A stretch of DNA of 64,000 nt, taken from positions 32,001 through 96,000 of IMG/VR virus record IMGVR_UViG_3300047472_000191. The stretch is one strand, 5' to 3'. Shown piece after piece: positions 43,647-54,635 of the stretch; position 1 is the stretch's first letter, and each line of letters opens with the position of its first letter. The notes beneath the pieces are model-generated. The model had not been told where the DNA came from. It did no database searches and saw only the letters and a program-made list of their open reading frames with translations. This stretch comes from a virus. The position numbers and the translations under genes were made by a program.

Positions 43647-46600
43647 GTGTCCGGAACGTATTCGGCCGGAGACATCGAAGCCTCCCTCAAGTTAGACAGG
43701 TCTGAGTTCAACCGGGAACTCACGCAGGCCAAGCGGGATGCTGAGGATTTCCAGAAGCAGACCTACAAGCCGAGGGTTTCCCTGGATGATACCGAGGCCA
43801 AGACAAAAATCCAGGCGCTCAAGGACGAACTCCAGAGCCTTCACAACATCACGGTCTCTGCCGCGTTATCGGGTTTCGACTCTGCCAGCACCCACTTAGC
43901 GGCCCTCCAGGCGCAAGCCGACCACCTCAATGGCATGGTCATCACGATTTATGCCGACGTGGACACGACGGCGGCAGCAGCCTCTCTCACCGCACTGCGG
44001 GCAGCCGCCAGTGACAACATCACCATCCATGCGGACGTGGACACGCGGGTAGCTGCGGCGTCTCTTGCACGTTTGCGTGCGGCTGCTGCCGACCCCATCA
44101 ACATCCCCACTGGGGGCGGGGATCCTGGCGGTCCTGCACCAAGGCCTCGCCCTGGTGTCCCCGATGGGGATGATGAGAGGAACCGGAAGCTCAAGGACCC
44201 GTTCAAGATCCCGGGGGCGCTGTTCAGCCTTCCGGGGCTCATTGCCTCTGTTCTGCCTCAGCTCCCGGCCCTGACGACCCTGCTGGGCGGTGCTACGGCT
44301 GCGGTGGTCTCGTTCGGTGTCGCGGCGGGCGGTGCCCTCGGTGTGTACGGCGCCGCGACCATGGGCGCGGTCAAGCAGGCGACGGCACACAAGAAGGCCG
44401 TGGAGTCCACGGGCAAGGCGCTTGAGGCGGCCCAGGCACGGCTGGCTGGGACCACGGCCGGTACGGCTGCGTACACGAACGCTCTGAAGGCGGTCACGGA
44501 GGCGGAGAAGGCGCACAAGGAGGCGCTCAAGGATCTGACTCCGGCGGAGAAGCAGTTCACTGACTCCCTGAACGGTGTACAGACTGCCTGGCAGTCGTTC
44601 ATCAAGTCCACCGAGGTGTACACGCTCAAGCCGGTTGCGACCGTCCTGGACGGGGCGAAAGCCGCGCTGCCTCAGCTCATCCCTCTGGTCAAGGATCTCG
44701 CCCCCGCTTTCCAGAGCGTGGCCGTGGCCATGAAGAACTGGCTGAGTGGCGACGGTCTGCACCGGTTCGTCTACTTCCTCCGGACTACTGGTGTGCCGAT
44801 CGTGCTCCACATGATCGCCGGGTTCCGGACGTTCATGGCGGCAGGCGGTGCGCTTATGCGCGCGTTCGGGCCGATTGCAGTAAAAATGTCCGAGTACTTC
44901 GAGACACTGGGCAAAAAATCGGAGGCGTGGGCACAGGGCGGGGGAGTGCTCCGGTTCCGCGATCACTTCTTTGAGGCCTGGCACCAGCTCAAGCCGATTT
45001 TCAGTGAGCTGATCACCCTCGTCGGGCACATCTGGGAGATCCTTCAGGGGACCGGCAGCCCCAACGCGAACGCTCTCGTAGGTGTGCTGCACGGGCTGAA
45101 CACGGCCATCGGGAACCTTCAGCCCGCAGCGGTGAAGTCTCTGGGCGAGATCTTCCAGTCCATCAGCGACGTGGCGATCCAGCTGGCTCCGGTCATCGGG
45201 ATCACGTCCAAGGCGATCGTCGACATCATCAACGTGCTGCCGCCCGGGACGATCCGGGCTATCGCGGACGCCATGATCGCGTGGAAGCTGGCCGTCCTCG
45301 GATGGAATGCCGCCATTGCGGCCTGGGCCTTCCTCACCTCGATTATCGCAGGCCTGACGCTGGCCTGGCGCACCCTCAGTTTTGTTTTCGCGGCTTCTCC
45401 GATCGGTGTCATTGTCACGGGCCTTATCCTGCTTGTCGGGATCATTGTCCTGATCGCCACGAAGACCACCTGGTTCCAGACACTTTGGAAATACACCTGG
45501 GAAGGCATAAAAATTGCCGCCCACGCTGTATGGGTCAACGTGTTGCAACCTACTTTCCATGGGATTTGGGTTGGCCTCCAGGAAATCGGCAAATGGGGTG
45601 TATGGCTGTGGAACAACGCCCTTAAACCGGCATGGAACGGGATCGCCAGCGGCGCTTCCTGGCTATGGGGCTACCTCAAGCCGGTGCTTGTGGGCATCGG
45701 AAACGCATTCATGCTGGTCGGCAAGGTCATCTGGATTTTCTGGTCCACCTACGCCAAGGTCGTCTTCATTATTTTCGAAGCGGCTATCAAGGCGCTCTGG
45801 CTGTACGTCCTCAAACCGGTGTTCGGGTGGATCGCCGCAGGCTGGCACGCCCTGGGTACGGGCGTGATGTGGGTCTGGCATCACCTGCTCAAGCCTGCCT
45901 GGGACCTGGTGGTCGCCGGAGCCATTTACGTGTGGAACCACGGCGTCAAGCCCGCCATCGGGTGGATCACCGCAGGCTGGCATGCCGTGGGTGACGGCGT
46001 GATGTGGGTGTGGCGGCACCTGCTCAAGCCTGCCTGGGACATGGTGTCGGATGGTGCCACCAAGCTGTGGAAAAACTACATTTCGCCGGTATTCAACGGA
46101 ATCAAGAACACCATCAGCGACAAGTGGGACTGGATCAAGGCGCACGTATTCAGCCCGATGGGTGATTTCTTCACCAAGAAGATCCCCGGCTGGGCCGACA
46201 CGATGAAGGGCAAACTGGTCACCGCCTTCGATACCGCTTGGAAGGGTATTCAGAAGGTCTGGGACAACGTCAAAAAGGCGATCGGGTCGCCTATCTACCT
46301 GGTCGCGAAGTACGTCTGGAATGACGCGATTTACGGGATCATGGACAAGATCTCCGGATTCGTGCACCAGAAGAACCCGCTCGGGAAAATCCCGCTGGAC
46401 AACATCCCGCACTTCGCAGCCGGTGGCCCGGTACGGGGAGGTACCCCCGGCAAGGACTCCGTGCTGTCCATGCTGATGCCCGACGAGCACGTCCTCACCC
46501 GCGAGGACGTCGCAGCCATGGGTGGTCAGCACGCCGTGGCTCGCTTCCGTTCCGCCCTGCACGGCGGCGCCCCTGTCCAAGGCGCCAACAACACGGGCCA

Positions 46601-48305
46601 CTTCGGCATCGGCGGCTGGATCGGCGACGCAGGCTCCGCCCTGGCCGGGACTGTCAGCAAGGGCCTGGGCGTACTCAAGGACGCCGTCCTGGGGGCTGTC
46701 GGGGTCGTGGTTAACCCGCTTCTGAACGCCGCCGAGAAGACCGTCGACAAGCTCATCCCAGCCAACGGCGGCTGGGAAAACCTGGCCAACGGAACGTTGA
46801 AGCAGCCGATCGAATGGATCAAGGGCTTCATCAACAAGGAAGACAAGAAGGCCCAATCCGTCGGCGGCGTCATCCCGGCCGGACAGCACCTCGCGATCAT
46901 CGACGCAGCCCTGAAGGCTGCGGGAGCCCCTCCGCCCGGAACTAAGGAGCAGTGGGAAGCCGGGATGAACACGCTGATTCAGCGTGAGTCCGGGTGGAAC
47001 GCCTCCGCCATCAACAACTGGGACTCCAACGCGAAGGCCGGGCACCCCTCGCAGGGTCTGACGCAGACGATCCCGTCCACGTTCAACGCCTACGTTCCGC
47101 CAGCGCTGCGGAGCCTGGGCATCCTCAACCCGATTGCCAACGTCGCGGCCTCCGTCCGCTACATCAAGTCCGTGTACGGCGGCATCCAGAACGTTCAGCA
47201 GGCCAACGCCAACAAGGCCCCCAAGGGCTACTGGACCGGTACCTCTGGGGCCGCTCCGGGTATGGCCTGGGTCGGTGAGCGCGGTCCCGAGCTGATCGAC
47301 TTCCACGGCGGGGAGACGGTCTACAACAACGGCGACTCGATGCGCATGCTGCGTTCCGGGCTGCTCGGGGGCCTGCACGGCTACGCCTCCGGTACCGCGA
47401 AGCAGCGGTCCACCGTGCGCCGGACTTACCACGAACTGGACAGCGACACGGCCCGGCGCAACGCCGCACAGAAGGCCTACAACGCGGCGCACACGAAGTA
47501 CCTGAACGCGACCACGGCCAAGGAGCAGCAGGCCGCGCGCAAGGAGATGGACAAGTACCAGAAGCGGATCGACAACGCGAACAAGGAGATCGCGGCCGAC
47601 AACAAGTTGATCAAGCTGCACGACAAGAAGTACAAGGCCGCCTCGGATGCCGTCCGCCGGGAGCGGGCCGATGCTGCGGCTCTGGCGGCTGCTCGCAAGA
47701 AGAAGCGGGACGCACAGATCTCTGCGGCCCGGACGGCGGCGCAGAACTTCATCAACAACGCGAAGGCCAAGATCGACGCGAAGCTCCAGGTGGCGACCGA
47801 TGCCCGCAACGGGTATTACGACGCGGCGAAGCAGAGCGGACAGCTGACCAACCTGACGGGCAACCGGGCGGCCGGGTTCACCCAGCAGCTTCAGGCGAAA
47901 ATCACTGCAATCAAGAACTTCCAGGCAAACCTGCACAAGCTGGCTACTCTCGGCCTCTCGCAGGGGGTTATCCAGCAGATCGCGGCCATGGGGGCGGACC
48001 AGGGCGGGGCGCTGGCTCAGTCGCTTGCCCGGACGACGACGGCGGCCGATGCGAAGGGTCTCAACGCGAAGTACGCGGAGCTGGACAAGGTGGCAGGGCA
48101 GTACGCGGATTCGGCTGCGAATGACGGGTACGGTCTGAGTTCCCTAAAGGCCCAGTCAGCAGTTCTTTCCAAGACGAAGATTACGGTAACGGCGCCGAAT
48201 ACGATCATGGTTACTATTGACGGAAAGACCTTCAAGGCCCACACCGAAAAGGTTGTTGAATCGAAGGTGACCGAGATCGTGGACAAGGCTGGAAAGAAGA
48301 AGTGA
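43647..48305 (+). CDS. tape measure protein with lytic transglycosylase domain
   Basis: 1552 aa helical; Trp-periodic LKPAW repeats; FAAGG; IQRESGWN..AINNWDSNA..G.PSQGL.Q.I..TF. Confidence 0.93.
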   Translation: MSGTYSAGDIEASLKLDRSEFNRELTQAKRDAEDFQKQTYKPRVSLDDTEAKTKIQALKDELQSLHNITVSAALSGFDSASTHLAALQAQADHLNGMVITIYADVDTTAAAASLTALRAAASDNITIHADVDTRVAAASLARLRAAAADPINIPTGGGDPGGPAPRPRPGVPDGDDERNRKLKDPFKIPGALFSLPGLIASVLPQLPALTTLLGGATAAVVSFGVAAGGALGVYGAATMGAVKQATAHKKAVESTGKALEAAQARLAGTTAGTAAYTNALKAVTEAEKAHKEALKDLTPAEKQFTDSLNGVQTAWQSFIKSTEVYTLKPVATVLDGAKAALPQLIPLVKDLAPAFQSVAVAMKNWLSGDGLHRFVYFLRTTGVPIVLHMIAGFRTFMAAGGALMRAFGPIAVKMSEYFETLGKKSEAWAQGGGVLRFRDHFFEAWHQLKPIFSELITLVGHIWEILQGTGSPNANALVGVLHGLNTAIGNLQPAAVKSLGEIFQSISDVAIQLAPVIGITSKAIVDIINVLPPGTIRAIADAMIAWKLAVLGWNAAIAAWAFLTSIIAGLTLAWRTLSFVFAASPIGVIVTGLILLVGIIVLIATKTTWFQTLWKYTWEGIKIAAHAVWVNVLQPTFHGIWVGLQEIGKWGVWLWNNALKPAWNGIASGASWLWGYLKPVLVGIGNAFMLVGKVIWIFWSTYAKVVFIIFEAAIKALWLYVLKPVFGWIAAGWHALGTGVMWVWHHLLKPAWDLVVAGAIYVWNHGVKPAIGWITAGWHAVGDGVMWVWRHLLKPAWDMVSDGATKLWKNYISPVFNGIKNTISDKWDWIKAHVFSPMGDFFTKKIPGWADTMKGKLVTAFDTAWKGIQKVWDNVKKAIGSPIYLVAKYVWNDAIYGIMDKISGFVHQKNPLGKIPLDNIPHFAAGGPVRGGTPGKDSVLSMLMPDEHVLTREDVAAMGGQHAVARFRSALHGGAPVQGANNTGHFGIGGWIGDAGSALAGTVSKGLGVLKDAVLGAVGVVVNPLLNAAEKTVDKLIPANGGWENLANGTLKQPIEWIKGFINKEDKKAQSVGGVIPAGQHLAIIDAALKAAGAPPPGTKEQWEAGMNTLIQRESGWNASAINNWDSNAKAGHPSQGLTQTIPSTFNAYVPPALRSLGILNPIANVAASVRYIKSVYGGIQNVQQANANKAPKGYWTGTSGAAPGMAWVGERGPELIDFHGGETVYNNGDSMRMLRSGLLGGLHGYASGTAKQRSTVRRTYHELDSDTARRNAAQKAYNAAHTKYLNATTAKEQQAARKEMDKYQKRIDNANKEIAADNKLIKLHDKKYKAASDAVRRERADAAALAAARKKKRDAQISAARTAAQNFINNAKAKIDAKLQVATDARNGYYDAAKQSGQLTNLTGNRAAGFTQQLQAKITAIKNFQANLHKLATLGLSQGVIQQIAAMGADQGGALAQSLARTTTAADAKGLNAKYAELDKVAGQYADSAANDGYGLSSLKAQSAVLSKTKITVTAPNTIMVTIDGKTFKAHTEKVVESKVTEIVDKAGKKK

Positions 48306-48306
48306 T

Positions 48307-49635
48307 ATGCCGGTTGTAGTCCCCACAGGATCCCCGGTCTCCTCTTCGACCACGGACTCGACGTCTTTCGACGGACGTATCCGGGTCATAGACGACCCGG
48401 CGTTCGGCGGTGTCCGCATCAAGATCGACTACTCGTTGGACCTCAACTTGTGGTCCAACCCTTTCCAGTGCACGGTGTACCGGAAGCACGAAGACGGCTC
48501 CGTGTACACGGTGCGTGGCGGAGACCCCTACCTCAACTACGCAGGCAAGGGCTGGCTGTACGACCAGGAAGCCCCCCTTGGCCAGCCCGTCTCCTACTAC
48601 GTCGTACCCATCGACGCCGACGGGGGCACGGGGGTCCAGTCGGCTGTCGCCTCCATTCTCACGGGCACTCCGGCGGGCGGTTTCAACAGCCCCGACATGT
48701 GGCTGGTCAACCTCGCCGATCCCAGCGCCTCGGTGCGGGCACGCGGCCTCAACACGCTTGCCGGTAACTACAACGGGCGCAGCGACAAACAGACGGTCCT
48801 CGGCAGCCCCTTCCCCACGGTGACGCCGGACACCCGGAACGGACTGAGCACCCAGATAACTGTGCTCACGGTCGGGCAGCAGGAATTCGTTGCCATGCAG
48901 AAGCTCTTGAAGCAGAGCATCATCATGCGGAAGTCGTCGTTATGGGAAAGGCCTGACGGCTATTTCACCGTGGACGACGCCTCCTATGCAGCCCAGACCG
49001 CCGGAACAGGGCGAGGCGCGTACGCCTGGCAGATGGGCCTTACCGAGGTAAACCGCCCCAATACGTACGGCCAGACCGTCGCCAGTCCCTCTTTCACCTT
49101 TGCCTCATATCGGGATCAGTTCCCGCTGTTCAGTGATGCCCCCATGCTGCCGTTCGATGCCATCCAGGGCGGCAACGTCATGGACCCCAACACGTCCAGC
49201 CTGGAAACCGACGATTCACAGTGGGTGGCAAACACCAACACGACCAAAACGTGGTCGGCGGAACAGGCCAAGCAGGGCACGCACTCCCTGAAAATGGTCG
49301 CCACGACCGTCGGCGTTTTCGGAGCGTTCACCGGGCCGCGCTTCCCGGTGAACCCGGACGCCGTCTACACGTTCACGGCGTGGCTGTACAGCCCGAACGG
49401 CCTGGTGGCGGACCTTCAGCTCGACTGGAAGGACGGTGCGGGCGGCTACCTCGCCAGTGATTCCCTCGGTGAGTGGGGGCGGACGGTGGCGCTCACCCCC
49501 AACATCTGGACCAAGGTCGCTCTGTCCGTCAAGCCGGTTCCCGGGGCAGCTCTGGTCACGCCGCTGGTCCGTCTGACCGCAACAGCGGGCGGCCAGGTCG
49601 GTTATGCGGACAGCATGAGTCTGGAGAACATCTGA
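48307..49635 (+). CDS. minor tail protein (distal-tail-like) with C-terminal carbohydrate-binding module
   Basis: Follows tape measure; YD.EAP.G..V.Y; C-terminal beta-sandwich. Confidence 0.75.
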   Translation: MPVVVPTGSPVSSSTTDSTSFDGRIRVIDDPAFGGVRIKIDYSLDLNLWSNPFQCTVYRKHEDGSVYTVRGGDPYLNYAGKGWLYDQEAPLGQPVSYYVVPIDADGGTGVQSAVASILTGTPAGGFNSPDMWLVNLADPSASVRARGLNTLAGNYNGRSDKQTVLGSPFPTVTPDTRNGLSTQITVLTVGQQEFVAMQKLLKQSIIMRKSSLWERPDGYFTVDDASYAAQTAGTGRGAYAWQMGLTEVNRPNTYGQTVASPSFTFASYRDQFPLFSDAPMLPFDAIQGGNVMDPNTSSLETDDSQWVANTNTTKTWSAEQAKQGTHSLKMVATTVGVFGAFTGPRFPVNPDAVYTFTAWLYSPNGLVADLQLDWKDGAGGYLASDSLGEWGRTVALTPNIWTKVALSVKPVPGAALVTPLVRLTATAGGQVGYADSMSLENI

Positions 49636-50783
49636 TGCTCTCCCACTCGTTGCGCCTGGAACGGATGCTGGCCGACGGCACCCCCCTGAAGATCGAACCC
49701 GTACTGGAGTGGTCCCCGGACTGGGCCAACTGGTACCCGCTGACCGTGATCAGCGGAAGCCACACCCAGGACCGCACCAGCACCGTCCGGTGGACCTTGA
49801 GCGGCACCATCGCCAAGACGGTGCCCGTGGGGTTCGACGGCATCCACCCTTACGGCTGCCGCCTCCGGCTCCAGCTGGCGGTGTCCTGCCTGGGGTCCTC
49901 CCCCGAGTACATCCCCGCAGGCATGTACTCCGTCACCTCTGTGACGGAGAACTTCAACAACCTGGGCATTTCAGGCTCCAGCTTCGAACAGGACGTCATC
50001 GACTCCACGTTCCCCGTGGTCCGCAACCTGCCGGACAACCGGACGATGACCTACCGGAGGCAGGCAGAAAAGCTCATCACCGAGGCAGTTCCGGACGCCC
50101 GGTTCCTCTGGGATCCCCGGCTGTCGATGAACACCGCGATGACCTCCATGGCCGTGGACAGCGACCGCTGGTCCATCATCCACGGACAGTCCAACGATGC
50201 CTCCGTAGCCACGGCGCTGGGCGCAGACGCCCTCTGTGACGCCTCAGGGGCCTTCTCCTTCGTCCAGCGCCCTTCGCTGACCGACACGCCCGTCTGGACC
50301 GTCTCCGAGGACACACAGACCAAGATCTCCGCAACGTTCGCCTACGACCGGCAGGGCGTGTTCAACTTGGTCGCGGTCACTGGAACCCCCGCCGACGGCG
50401 GCAGCCCCATCGGGCCGGTATTCGTATGGGACGACGACCCGCACTCCCCGACCTATGCCGGTCCCGACCCGGTGAACCATCCGGAACTTGCCGGGCACTT
50501 CGGCGTCAAACCCTACCGGTACGACTCCCCGCTGATCACCGGCGACCGGCAGGCCTGGCAGGTCGGCCGGGCCATCCTGTCCGACATCGTGGGGGAGTCC
50601 AAGACGGTCTCTTTCTCCAGCCGCTTCCACCCCTGCCAGGAAGCCGGGGACGTCGTCCTGATCACCCGGACGAACGGGCGGCTGGAAAGCCACCTGGTGG
50701 ACTCCATCGGCTACACGTGGGCCTCCGGCGCCGCGTCCTACACCACTCGCAGCACCAAGCAGGAGGTCACGGTCCGTGTCTGA
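49635..50783 (+). CDS. minor tail / baseplate hub protein
   Basis: PYG..L.L, DR.GVFN.V.V.G, SPTY.G...FG.KP..Y.SPL. Confidence 0.8.
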   Translation: MLSHSLRLERMLADGTPLKIEPVLEWSPDWANWYPLTVISGSHTQDRTSTVRWTLSGTIAKTVPVGFDGIHPYGCRLRLQLAVSCLGSSPEYIPAGMYSVTSVTENFNNLGISGSSFEQDVIDSTFPVVRNLPDNRTMTYRRQAEKLITEAVPDARFLWDPRLSMNTAMTSMAVDSDRWSIIHGQSNDASVATALGADALCDASGAFSFVQRPSLTDTPVWTVSEDTQTKISATFAYDRQGVFNLVAVTGTPADGGSPIGPVFVWDDDPHSPTYAGPDPVNHPELAGHFGVKPYRYDSPLITGDRQAWQVGRAILSDIVGESKTVSFSSRFHPCQEAGDVVLITRTNGRLESHLVDSIGYTWASGAASYTTRSTKQEVTVRV

Positions 50784-51537
50784 TGCCGCAAGCCTGTTGT
50801 CCAAACTGACCACCAGCGAACGCGCCGTAAAAACCCTCCGCGCCGTCGTGTCCGCCTACCGGGAAGACGGCCTGGTCAATCTCCGGTACGGGACATCGAG
50901 CCTGTACGGGATCCCTTGCCTGGCTTCCTACACCGACCGCAGCATCGGGGACGTGGTGCAGGTGCTGGACCTCGGTCACAGCGTCTGGGTGGTCCTGGGA
51001 CGCATCGGCGGCGGTGACTCGGAATTCGTCTTTCCGACCACACAGAACAACGGCTACCAGCAGTACTATTTGGACACTCTGACCAGCCGTGGCATGACGG
51101 ACATCGGGTACGAGGGGTACATCGGGTCCTCCGGGACCAACAATGAGCGGCCCCTCATGCTGGCCTGGTCGTACTACAACGGCAGCAGCAACAGCCTGAA
51201 CAGCATCAGTGCAGGCCGGACCTTCGCGACCGTCTGTGTAGCCCGGAGCAATCTTCTCCACGGAAAGCGGGAGGCCGTAGAAATGCGGCTCTGCCCGCAC
51301 AACTACAACGCACTGCCGAGCACCATCACGCTGGACACTGCATCGTTCAGCCCGGTCACGTTCCGTCTGGAAGTCGGGGAAATACGCAATGTCGCCCTCC
51401 CCGCCGACTGGTTCGCCGCCATGACGGCAACAACCCCGACCATCAAGGGATTCGCCGTTCAACCTGTTACGGCAACCCCATCACAAGCCGGTTACGCAAT
51501 TTTCAGCCAGATCTCCGGCGGCTTCAGATCGTTTTAA
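50776..51537 (+). CDS. minor tail protein
   Basis: N-terminal OB-fold-like LASY....GDVV.V...VLGRI. Confidence 0.7.
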   Translation: MSDAASLLSKLTTSERAVKTLRAVVSAYREDGLVNLRYGTSSLYGIPCLASYTDRSIGDVVQVLDLGHSVWVVLGRIGGGDSEFVFPTTQNNGYQQYYLDTLTSRGMTDIGYEGYIGSSGTNNERPLMLAWSYYNGSSNSLNSISAGRTFATVCVARSNLLHGKREAVEMRLCPHNYNALPSTITLDTASFSPVTFRLEVGEIRNVALPADWFAAMTATTPTIKGFAVQPVTATPSQAGYAIFSQISGGFRSF

Positions 51538-51572
51538 TCGGTATAGTTGTTCGACAGTAAAGGAGGAAATCC

Positions 51573-52208
51573 GTGGGAGCCACGTTCAGCGCGTTTTCTG
51601 CACTTCCGGTGCCGGATACCGCAGCCAGCAATGACGTCCCCTACTGGTTATCCCAGCTGGTGGCCGTCCTGGACACCAAACTCGTTCTCGCCGCTACCTC
51701 CACGGCGGACCGGGACAGCCGCTACTTCAGCGCCCCGTCCGGTGTGATCTGCGTCGTCCGTGACGGCACCGGGACCGTTCTCGGCGTGTACGTGAAGACG
51801 TCCAACGCCGGAACGTCCGTCTGGTCGACCATCTGGACGGCACCTGTCCCGCAGACTCCGGTCAACATCCCCCTTTCGGACGGGGTGCAGGTAGCGAACG
51901 GCAAGCCGCCTATCGCTGTCTACAACCCCGCCGCGAACACCTGGACTTTCTGGGGAAACGTCGGTTTCACCAACGGCACGAACATACCGACCAACACCAT
52001 TCTCGGAACTGTTCCGGCGGCGGTTTCTCTCAGCACGGTTCAGCCCTACTACGAAGGTATTGCCCCCACGTCGGTCGGAGGAACCGGCAGCCCGTCCGGA
52101 GGGGCAAAAATTTCTTTCTCGGTCGGTGGCAACATCGTGATATTCCTCCCGTCCGGCGTCTCTCCGGCCTGGGTCGGTTTTGACGGCATTGTGCTTCCGG
52201 GCGCGTAG
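51573..52208 (+). CDS. minor tail protein
   Basis: LP.PD, ST.DRD..Y..P.G motif; AGGAGG RBS. Confidence 0.7.
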   Translation: MGATFSAFSALPVPDTAASNDVPYWLSQLVAVLDTKLVLAATSTADRDSRYFSAPSGVICVVRDGTGTVLGVYVKTSNAGTSVWSTIWTAPVPQTPVNIPLSDGVQVANGKPPIAVYNPAANTWTFWGNVGFTNGTNIPTNTILGTVPAAVSLSTVQPYYEGIAPTSVGGTGSPSGGAKISFSVGGNIVIFLPSGVSPAWVGFDGIVLPGA

Positions 52209-52219
52209 GGGGAATTGAC

Positions 52220-53284
52220 GTGGCGCGTTTCATTTACGGTGGTGGTGGTGACGGGGACATCATCAAACCCACAGGTGTTCCGTACATCAACGCCAGTGCA
52301 AACGTGTTCGACGCACGCACCGGCGGAACTCAGATAGCGGATCTCCAGAACATTTCCGGATCCGCTATCACCTCGGTGGCCACGGACGCGTTCGGGCAGG
52401 CCATCTTCTACGGCCCCGACAACTACATTGGCGTCCTCTGGCTCGACTTCGGCAGCGGCGTCCGATGGGCGGTATCCCCCAAGGCGGTAGACCTCGCCGC
52501 GTTACGGGCGATCGGCGTGCAGCGGGCAGCTGACGCCGCCGCAACGACCCCGACCGCGAAGGCAGGGCTCCCGTACAACGCGGCGGATCCACTGGAACAA
52601 GCGCTTGCGGCAGCCCTTGACCCCCTGGTCATCCCCCGGTTCGCGTCCCAGTCGGCCCGGGACGCGGCCTTTCCGTCTCCCCAGGGCGGTGACAGGTGCT
52701 GGCGGACTGACCTGGCCCTTGAGCAGGTCTTCAACGGCAAGCTGGGTCTGTGGCGGAACAACAGTTTCGCCTACAACTTCGGGTCCGTGGGCGGGTCGGT
52801 GACGGTCGCCAACACGGTTACCGAAACCCAGCTGTCAGTGACAACGGTCCCTGCGAATACTCCGGCTGGGGCGACGTTCAAGGTGACGGGTTACGGCTCA
52901 ATCGTTCAAGCCGCCAACGCGACCCCCACCCTGACGCTGCGGCTCAAGGTCGGGGGCGTATCGGGTGTGAGCCTAGCGGCGAACTCCTGGACGGCGGCCA
53001 CCAACGCAACACCGAGTGCGCGTGCTTGGCAGGTCCAAGGATTTGTCACCCTGAATTCAACCGGTGCCAGCGGGACCTGGTTCGGGAACCTGACGGGTTC
53101 TTCTACTATCACCAGCACTACGCCCCTCTTCAGCTCCGGGGCGTCCTTGCGCAGTGACGGTACTTCGCTTACCACAAGGGACTCTACGGTCTCTCAAAAC
53201 CTCTCTCTGACCGCTCAATGGGACGCCGCGTCCGCATCGAACAGCGTTATTCAGTACGGCTGGGCCTGGGAAAGGGTCTGCTGA
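52220..53284 (+). CDS. tail fibre / receptor-binding protein 1
   Basis: MARFIYGGGGDG N-terminus; PRFAS.SARDAAFP.P..GD; Thr/Ser-rich C-terminus. Confidence 0.75.
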   Translation: MARFIYGGGGDGDIIKPTGVPYINASANVFDARTGGTQIADLQNISGSAITSVATDAFGQAIFYGPDNYIGVLWLDFGSGVRWAVSPKAVDLAALRAIGVQRAADAAATTPTAKAGLPYNAADPLEQALAAALDPLVIPRFASQSARDAAFPSPQGGDRCWRTDLALEQVFNGKLGLWRNNSFAYNFGSVGGSVTVANTVTETQLSVTTVPANTPAGATFKVTGYGSIVQAANATPTLTLRLKVGGVSGVSLAANSWTAATNATPSARAWQVQGFVTLNSTGASGTWFGNLTGSSTITSTTPLFSSGASLRSDGTSLTTRDSTVSQNLSLTAQWDAASASNSVIQYGWAWERVC

Positions 53285-54255
53285 TGGCCAGATTCCTCTA
53301 CGGCGGAGGTGGGGACGGAGACGTCATCAAGCCCACGGGTACGCCGTTCCTCAACACCACAGCGCTGGTCTACAACTCCCGGTCGGGAGGCACGCTGATT
53401 ACCGATCTCCAGAACATTTCCGGTACCTCTATCGGTCAGGTGACCACCGACTCCAACGGGCAGGCCATCTTTTTCGGGCCGGACAACTACATCGGTACGC
53501 TGTGGCTCGACTTCGGCAGCGGCAGCGGCGTGCGGTGGGCTCTGTCGCCCAAGGCCGTGGACCTGGCCGCTACCCGGGCTATCGCGGTACAGCGGACGGC
53601 AGACGCGGCAACTCCGAGCTTCACCACGAAGGCTCACCTGCCCTACAACGCGGCGGACCCGCTGGAACAGGCCCTCGCGACAGCTCTGGACCCTCTGGTC
53701 ATTCCCCGGTTCGCCACAGCAGCAGCCAGGGACACCGCGTTCCCGGCTCCGGCGAACGGTGACCGGTGCTACCGGACCGACCTTGCTGCCGACCAGGTGT
53801 ACACCGGAACGGCCTGGGTGACTCTGGTACAGGCAGGGCCGTGGACACAGGCGAACCTTTCCATATCTCCGACGTCGGGCAGTTTCTCTGTAGGTACTGG
53901 ATCGCTCACTATCCGGTACCAAATCCAGGGGAAGGGTGTGGAGTTCTACATCGGCTTGACTGTGGCGGGGGACACCACGGTGGGGAACGGTGTGTGGACC
54001 GTCACCGGATTACCTTTCAGCATCTCGGCATCCAGCATTTTGGTGACGACTTTCCCGGGTCAGGTGTTCACCGGCTCCGCGCGTTTTATGGCGATTGCGC
54101 AGGCGGAAACAGCCACTACGCTTTCCCTGTGGTCCTATGCATCAACGGGTTCTACCGCAGTTACCCGGATCGGCGGCAGTGGTTCCACCCCCGGCGGCGG
54201 AACCTGGCAGGCCGGTAACTTCCTCCGCGTGGGCGGTATCGCAGAACTCGCCTGA
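53284..54255 (+). CDS. tail fibre / receptor-binding protein 2 (N-terminal paralog of previous gene)
   Basis: MARFLYGGGGDG N-terminus; same PRFA..AARD..FP.P..GD; different C-terminus. Confidence 0.75.
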   Translation: MARFLYGGGGDGDVIKPTGTPFLNTTALVYNSRSGGTLITDLQNISGTSIGQVTTDSNGQAIFFGPDNYIGTLWLDFGSGSGVRWALSPKAVDLAATRAIAVQRTADAATPSFTTKAHLPYNAADPLEQALATALDPLVIPRFATAAARDTAFPAPANGDRCYRTDLAADQVYTGTAWVTLVQAGPWTQANLSISPTSGSFSVGTGSLTIRYQIQGKGVEFYIGLTVAGDTTVGNGVWTVTGLPFSISASSILVTTFPGQVFTGSARFMAIAQAETATTLSLWSYASTGSTAVTRIGGSGSTPGGGTWQAGNFLRVGGIAELA

Positions 54256-54284
54256 CATCCGGGCGGACTAGGAAAGGGAACAGC

Positions 54285-54563
54285 ATGACGGAATACACAC
54301 GACGCTACCCAAGCGGTTCGTCGGACTTCTATCCGAACGGCACCACTCTTCAGGTCAGCTACGTCGTTGCGGGTACCGACGGTTCTTCTATCGAAGGCAC
54401 ACTCGACACGCACGGGCTTCTCACAGAGGACCAGATAGACGAACTCGCCTTCGCCATTCAGACCGCGTGTTCCGGTCTTCCCTGGCTGTCGACATCCTTC
54501 GTTACGGTCCTGGAGGACGGCCGCCGGGCATTTTCTGTCTCTCCGGTAACACCTCCACAATAG
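54285..54563 (+). CDS. hypothetical protein (possible fibre chaperone)
   Basis: Follows the fibre genes. Confidence 0.6.
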   Translation: MTEYTRRYPSGSSDFYPNGTTLQVSYVVAGTDGSSIEGTLDTHGLLTEDQIDELAFAIQTACSGLPWLSTSFVTVLEDGRRAFSVSPVTPPQ

Positions 54564-54635
54564 GGACGTTCTAACGAAATAGCCTCCCTTGGTACGATCC
54601 AAAGAGGCTAATTCTGGTTCCCGAGGGGCAATTCA

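Noticed and set aside
43896-47936. Long minus-strand ORFs opposite the tape measure gene
   Set aside because: Same shadow effect; the plus-strand gene has clear tape-measure features
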